A stretch of 64,000 nt of DNA, taken from positions 2,418-66,417 of the forward strand of contig JAJZCR010000011.1 in NCBI GenBank assembly GCA_021851715.1, in the 5' to 3' direction. Source of the DNA: Planctomycetota bacterium (lineage in GTDB: Bacteria > Planctomycetota > Phycisphaerae > WQYP01). Below, piece by piece: positions 58,689 to 64,000 of the stretch; position 1 is the first letter of the stretch, and every line of letters begins with the position of its first letter. A program made the position numbers and the translations under genes. Below the pieces are notes generated by a model. It had not been told where the DNA came from, ran no database searches, and worked only from the letters and a program-made list of their open reading frames with translations.

Positions 58689-60709
58689 TCCAAGTCGGGG
58701 TGCCGATCAGCGGCGGCACTGAGTTGGGCCAGGGCCTGTTCCAAAACGGCAATGTCCGCAAGGATATTACCGTCGCAATGACCACGGCAAGCCGTGGCTG
58801 CCGCACGGAGTACCGCCGCGGCAGCATGATAGTGGATGCTTAAGTCGCCCAGCATGCCGCCACGCCAGTGCCAAAGCCTTTTATTATAATCCAGAAGCAC
58901 CGCCCCAAGACGCGATTGAACCGATTTTCGGAACTGCTCGGCCAGAACATGCCGTCGCATGACCACACTTATTTTCGTCCATGTCGGCACATGCGGCCGT
59001 GCGGCAGCGGCGATTGATGCGGGATCAAAAATGGGTAATCCCGCAATCGGAGGAAGCTCTCCGGGGGAAGGGCAAGCCAGCAGATCGGCGGCCTTCCTGA
59101 GCGACCGTTCCACCTGGTCACGGACGTCGGTTAGCTGCCGGATGATATCCCCGGCGGTCTGGGTGACACGGGCCCGGGCGATGGCGGAGATCTCTTGGGA
59201 TGCCTTTTCCACATCCCACGAGCCTTGCGCAAGGGTTTGCGCCGTTCGATCAATGATGTCATCCGCTAACCGCCGCGGAGTGGGTAGACTTGCGGCGCTG
59301 ACGCGCCCGGCGGCGTCCAGAACCATGGTGCCGTGCGCCAGCAAGACGGCAACATTGCCGTCGTCATCGTTCCGCGTTGTCGCATCCGCCGCTTGAGCTC
59401 GCCGTTTGAGAATATCAGTCACAGTGCCACCAAGCTGCTTAAGTTTATGCTGGATGGAAGCAGCACGAAGCGCAGCAGCCCGCCCAAGCAGCGGGGCTAA
59501 AGACTGGTCAAACCAGTCCCATGTCATTGGTGCCTGCGGCGCACGCACACTCACGGCATGAATCTCAGGAGGGTTATCTAAATGATGACGGAGCTGGTCC
59601 TGGGCGTATGTCAGCACGGAGGCAAGATCATGTTCCGGGAGCAGATCCGCTTTGGTCAAGAGCACCATAATTTCCCCTCCGGCCCGCCGCAAGGCCGCAA
59701 CCAATTCAATATCCATATCGGTAAGTCCGACCGCGGCGCTGGCCAGCACCAGGCCGATATCGCAACGGGGCAGGTAGGCCAATGCGTCAGCCGATCCTTG
59801 TCCACCCAATGCTCCAAGTCCGGGCGTATCCACAAAAGCTATCCCCCGCACCATACGAGTACAGGGCAATTCGATACCGACTTCCGTTACATGTTTACAA
59901 TTGTCCGGATTGCCGATTTGGGTGACGAAATCTTCAATTTGAGTCGGCTGAATAACCATACTTTTATCCGATCCAGTTTTGACCGTAACTTTCAGGACGG
60001 GGCCATAAATAAGCCGCGTGGGAATCGTGGTAACGGGCACCGCGCCCACGGGCAGGATGTCATGCTGCCAGAGAAAATTAAGAAGCGATGATTTGCCGGC
60101 ACTGACCCGGCCAAAAACGGCAATTTCAAGCTCGGTGTGCTCCATACGCTCCACAAGCACGGCCAGCGCCGGGCGAATTTCCACCAAGTTCCGGCGCGTT
60201 ATGATTTCAGCCAGTTGGGCGGCCAGAGCGGCGGTCTGGTCGGGATTACCCAGGCGGTGCAGCCGCGCTGAAATATTGCCGCCAGGTGGTTCCGCCAAGC
60301 TTTTGCCCAGTTGATCGATGATATTGAGAAGTTCGGCGGATATGGTTTGCAGATCCTCCCGGGCCGATTCATCGACGGGTCCATAACCGACCATGTACTG
60401 CGGGCGTATCTCCTCAAGCGTATTGCTCACCGCCAGAAGCGTGCTGCGGAAAGCCCAGAGCGCACTGATTTGCGGCTCGGGGATGGTCAGACCATGGGCG
60501 CGAATAATTCTGGCCATGGCTCGCCGCAACTCCTTAAGATACACGGCAATGAGGTACTCCTGATCGGGCGTGAAATCATATTTCAAGGTCTGAAATAGAG
60601 AATCTTTTTGGCTCTGCCGGGCGGCCGCAAATGTCCGACTCAGAGTTTCATCCACGTGCTGAAATGTTAAAAGCAGGTGTCGCCGATGATTTTCATTAAG
60701 GCCCGGCAT
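58685..60709 (-). CDS. Bacterial dynamin-like GTPase with an N-terminal helical extension
   Basis: G1 GRVSAGKSS, G2 PVTT, G3 DTPG and G4 TKAD, with a helical C-terminus; GGAG RBS and a 23-nt gap after eno. Confidence 0.85.
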   Translation of the reverse strand: MPGLNENHRRHLLLTFQHVDETLSRTFAAARQSQKDSLFQTLKYDFTPDQEYLIAVYLKELRRAMARIIRAHGLTIPEPQISALWAFRSTLLAVSNTLEEIRPQYMVGYGPVDESAREDLQTISAELLNIIDQLGKSLAEPPGGNISARLHRLGNPDQTAALAAQLAEIITRRNLVEIRPALAVLVERMEHTELEIAVFGRVSAGKSSLLNFLWQHDILPVGAVPVTTIPTRLIYGPVLKVTVKTGSDKSMVIQPTQIEDFVTQIGNPDNCKHVTEVGIELPCTRMVRGIAFVDTPGLGALGGQGSADALAYLPRCDIGLVLASAAVGLTDMDIELVAALRRAGGEIMVLLTKADLLPEHDLASVLTYAQDQLRHHLDNPPEIHAVSVRAPQAPMTWDWFDQSLAPLLGRAAALRAASIQHKLKQLGGTVTDILKRRAQAADATTRNDDDGNVAVLLAHGTMVLDAAGRVSAASLPTPRRLADDIIDRTAQTLAQGSWDVEKASQEISAIARARVTQTAGDIIRQLTDVRDQVERSLRKAADLLACPSPGELPPIAGLPIFDPASIAAAARPHVPTWTKISVVMRRHVLAEQFRKSVQSRLGAVLLDYNKRLWHWRGGMLGDLSIHYHAAAAVLRAAATACRGHCDGNILADIAVLEQALAQLSAAADRHPDLD

Positions 60710-60732
60710 GACAACTCCGGCAAGGGGTACAG

Positions 60733-62004
60733 TTACACGGCCAGCGGATTGCGAAACTCGGCGGCAGAGCCAAGCTCGGCCTCAATTTCCAACAGGCGGT
60801 TGTATTTGGCGATGCGCTCAGACCGGCAGGCGGAGCCGGTCTTAATCTGGCCGCCGCCCATGGCAACAGCAAAGTCAGCAAGGAAGGCATCTTCCGTTTC
60901 GCCGGAGCGATGAGAGATGATCCACTTCCAGCCGGCCTGTTTACACATTCGCACCGCCTCAATGGTTTCGGTTACGGTGCCGATTTGATTGAGTTTGATC
61001 AGTACCGCATTGGTGCTGTGCTCGCGAATACCGCGGGCGATAAAGCGCGTGTTGGTAACGTAAATATCATCGCCGACGATTTGGACGCGGTGGCCGAGAG
61101 CGGCGGTTTGAGCCTTGAAGCCGTCCCAGTCATTTTCATCCAAGCCATCCTCCAGAGACACGATCGGGTATTGATCGAGCCAGGCGGCGTAGAGCTGACA
61201 CATTTCGTCGCTGGTTTTGACACCCTCGCCGGACTTATCCAGATGATATTTATTCTCACGGTAAAATGAGCTGGCGGCAGGATCAAGGGCCAGCGCAATT
61301 TGTCGGCCCGGTTGATAACCTGCGGCGGTAATAGCCTGCATGATCAGGTCGGGGGCTTCGCGGTTGTGTTTTAAATTCGGGGCAAAGCCACCCTCATCGC
61401 CCACCGCAGTGGAGTAACCGCGGGCGTGCAGGATGGACTTAAGGGCATGAAATGTTTCCACACCCCAGCGCAGGGCCTCGGCGAACGAGGGAGCGCCCAC
61501 GGGCATGATCATAAATTCCTGGAAATCCAGTGAATTGTCCGCGTGCTTTCCGCCATTGAGGATATTCATCATCGGCACCGGCAGGCGTACCGCCTCCATA
61601 CCTCCCAGATACTGGTACAGGGGTACGCGGCGCGCCATGGCCGCCACGCGCGCCACCGCCATGGAAGTGCCCAGGATGGCGTTGGCTCCCAGGCGACTTT
61701 TATTAGGTGTGTCATCGGCTTCAATAAGTACCCGATCCACCTCTTCCTGGCGGGTGACATCCATGCCTGCCAGACGTGCAGCGATGGTAGTGTTCACCGC
61801 AGCCACAGCTTTCAATACGCCCTTGCCACCGTAGCGATTTTTGTCGTGATCGCGAAGCTCCACCGCTTCATGTTCACCGGTGGAGGCACCAGACGGTACG
61901 GTGGCGCTGGCCTTTGTACCGTCGTGGAGGCAGACGGTGACTTTTAACGTGGGCGTGCCGCGGGAATCAAGTATTTCCAGCGCGCCAACGGATGCGATGT
62001 CCAT
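60733..62004 (-). CDS. eno: Enolase (phosphopyruvate hydratase)
   Basis: [44 protein letters not shown] and [12 protein letters not shown] are all intact. Confidence 0.98.
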   Translation of the reverse strand: MDIASVGALEILDSRGTPTLKVTVCLHDGTKASATVPSGASTGEHEAVELRDHDKNRYGGKGVLKAVAAVNTTIAARLAGMDVTRQEEVDRVLIEADDTPNKSRLGANAILGTSMAVARVAAMARRVPLYQYLGGMEAVRLPVPMMNILNGGKHADNSLDFQEFMIMPVGAPSFAEALRWGVETFHALKSILHARGYSTAVGDEGGFAPNLKHNREAPDLIMQAITAAGYQPGRQIALALDPAASSFYRENKYHLDKSGEGVKTSDEMCQLYAAWLDQYPIVSLEDGLDENDWDGFKAQTAALGHRVQIVGDDIYVTNTRFIARGIREHSTNAVLIKLNQIGTVTETIEAVRMCKQAGWKWIISHRSGETEDAFLADFAVAMGGGQIKTGSACRSERIAKYNRLLEIEAELGSAAEFRNPLAV

Positions 62005-62014
62005 GAGAAGCCTT

Positions 62015-64000
62015 TCACAATAAACGGTTCAGCACCAGGACAATAATCAGCAACAGCAGCACCCAGGCGGCGTAGGCGTTGACCACGGCGGGGCGATGGA
62101 TGCGGGCGATCAGGCTGGAGAGGAATTTTACCACGGCCACCAGCGGGCGCAGAAATAGCCGATCCACAATATAGGTATCGCGCGGCGGCTTGCGGATGGC
62201 GGTGCGGAAATGGCCTGCCACGGCGACCTGGGAGTCTTCGCGCTGGGCGGGGCCGAAGATGGAACGAAAAATAATCCGCACCGGATTGGAAAATCCGGTG
62301 GCACTGTAGGACATTTCCGGCCAGAGCCGGCGCAGGCCGCCCGCCCACGGTTCGCTTATACGTACTCTGCGCCGGCGCGTACCCAGCCGCACCAGCAGAA
62401 AAGTCAGGAACATAATGCCAGCCAGCGTTACCGCCAGGTAAAAAGTGGACATGGCGTAGACCACGGGATTACTGGCGGTGCCTTGATGCAGCACCACCAG
62501 GCCGCGCGCCGGAATCAGCGTTTTTCCCACGTCCGCGCCGATTTTGGCAAAACCGGTGAGAAAGGCCTGGTGAAATTGGGCGTTGCCGTGGCGGAGCGTG
62601 AAAAACGGGGGGACCAGGGCGTTGGTAGCGCGGTGATGCGTCAGCGGAGCCATGGCTCGATCCACCAGCGGTATAACCCAGGTGGCACCCACTCCTAAAG
62701 CCAGGCAGATGCCGGCAAGCATGCCCATGGCCCAACGCATGGAAGGGGGACTCTCGCGTGCCTGTTGGGCAGAGTCGCTGCGGGGCTGGCCGAGAAAGCT
62801 CATGGCGAACGCTTTCACAAAGCAGGTGATGGCCAGGGCCGCGGTTAGCGCCAACACCGCGCCGCAAAGCGCGAAAATCACACGTGCCAGCGGCGAGGTC
62901 AGGTCGGTGGAGCGCAAAATAGTTTGCAGCGTCAGCCATTCGCTGACAAAGCCATTGAGCGGCGGCAGCGCCGAGATGGCCAGAGTGCCGATCAAAAAAA
63001 GCAGGGCCGTCATGGGCATGCGTTTGAGCAGCCCGCCAAGGCGATTGATGTCGCGTGTGCCGGTGCCGTAATCAATGGCCCCGGCTCCGAGGAACAACAG
63101 GGTTTTGTACGCAGAGTGGTTGATCATATGGTAAATGGCCACCACCCAGGCAATGGCCGCGATGGTGGGCATGTGATAAGCGCCGAACACCATTCCGGCA
63201 CCCACATCCACCGCTACGATGCCGAGATTTTCGATGGAGCTATGCGCGAGCATGCGCTTGAGATCGTTATCAATGGTCGCGTAAAGAATGCCCAGCAGGG
63301 CCGAGATGCCGCCGATGGCCAGAACAATAAGGCCCGGCCCGGCGGTTACGGCCGGCATGACGATGGCGTCAAACCGGATGATGCCATAGATGCCGAAATT
63401 CAGCAGACTCCCCGATAAAATCGCCGAGATGTTCGCCGGTGCCACCGGGTGGGCACGCGGCAGCCAGGAGCTAACCGGAACCAGGCCGGCCTTGACGGAA
63501 AAGCCCCCGAGAATAAGCAGAAAAATGATCCATCGCCAGGTGGCGGGCAGGTGCGTCATGGCGCGGTGCAAGGCGGGAAAGCCGATGTGGCCACCGGCCC
63601 AGGCGGTCATCAGCAGCAGACCCACGCCAGCGAGGATAATGCCCGCTTCGTTCATGGCCAGGAAAAGGTAGGCGGCCCGGCGATGGTCTTCATGGCGATG
63701 TTCCAGGGTAATGGGAAAACTGGCCAGAGCCGACATTATCCGCCATGAGAACAGAAAGGTAATGACGTCGCCGGCGGCGAGCACCAGGGCGCAGGCGGCC
63801 AATAACAGATGAAAAAAAATGCCAAATCCACGGATGTTGTAATGCTCCGGATAGCGGTTCATGTAGCTGGCGGAAAACAGATACGCCGGCAAAAAGGAGA
63901 TGCCCAGTGCCAATACAAATATCGCGGATACCAAGTCCAGTCGCAGCCGCAGCAAACCCAGCAGCGGCAAATGCCACAGATGAACGGCCATGGGCCGGTG
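62015..64000 (-). CDS. HyfB/HycC-like proton-conducting membrane subunit (hydrogenase-4 / formate hydrogenlyase-type); likely 5' partial
   Basis: [62 protein letters not shown] and [10 protein letters not shown] motifs. The frame stays open to the window edge. Confidence 0.88.
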   Translation of the reverse strand, partial: HRPMAVHLWHLPLLGLLRLRLDLVSAIFVLALGISFLPAYLFSASYMNRYPEHYNIRGFGIFFHLLLAACALVLAAGDVITFLFSWRIMSALASFPITLEHRHEDHRRAAYLFLAMNEAGIILAGVGLLLMTAWAGGHIGFPALHRAMTHLPATWRWIIFLLILGGFSVKAGLVPVSSWLPRAHPVAPANISAILSGSLLNFGIYGIIRFDAIVMPAVTAGPGLIVLAIGGISALLGILYATIDNDLKRMLAHSSIENLGIVAVDVGAGMVFGAYHMPTIAAIAWVVAIYHMINHSAYKTLLFLGAGAIDYGTGTRDINRLGGLLKRMPMTALLFLIGTLAISALPPLNGFVSEWLTLQTILRSTDLTSPLARVIFALCGAVLALTAALAITCFVKAFAMSFLGQPRSDSAQQARESPPSMRWAMGMLAGICLALGVGATWVIPLVDRAMAPLTHHRATNALVPPFFTLRHGNAQFHQAFLTGFAKIGADVGKTLIPARGLVVLHQGTASNPVVYAMSTFYLAVTLAGIMFLTFLLVRLGTRRRRVRISEPWAGGLRRLWPEMSYSATGFSNPVRIIFRSIFGPAQREDSQVAVAGHFRTAIRKPPRDTYIVDRLFLRPLVAVVKFLSSLIARIHRPAVVNAYAAWVLLLLIIVLVLNRLL

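Overview
A GC-rich bacterial chromosome segment, probably from a Planctomycetota/Phycisphaerae-like acidophile. This is an inference from the prepilin/H-X9-DG proteins, DUF4159, PEP-CTERM, Hc1-like protein, glutamic peptidase and Kdp. The first ~51 kb is mostly housekeeping and carbohydrate genes: addA end, nadC, birA, kdpFABCD plus an extra small peptide, ric, a sugar kinase/nucleotidyltransferase pair, tRNA-Asp, proS, a polyprenyl synthase, nnrD, rmlD, xerD, fabZ, ispG, ffh and mreD-mrdA-rodA. The last ~12.5 kb (51.5-64 kb) is the highlight. It looks like a fluoride-stress island with three fluoride (crcB-motif) riboswitches read directly from the sequence. They lead crcB plus a tandem-DUF190 gene, a coupled pair of MutS-domain-V-only ATPases with degenerate, asymmetric catalytic motifs, and a metallophosphoesterase. 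Next to them is a hyfB-like, enolase, dynamin-like GTPase operon that runs in from beyond the window edge. No CRISPR array, transposase or phage genes were recognised.
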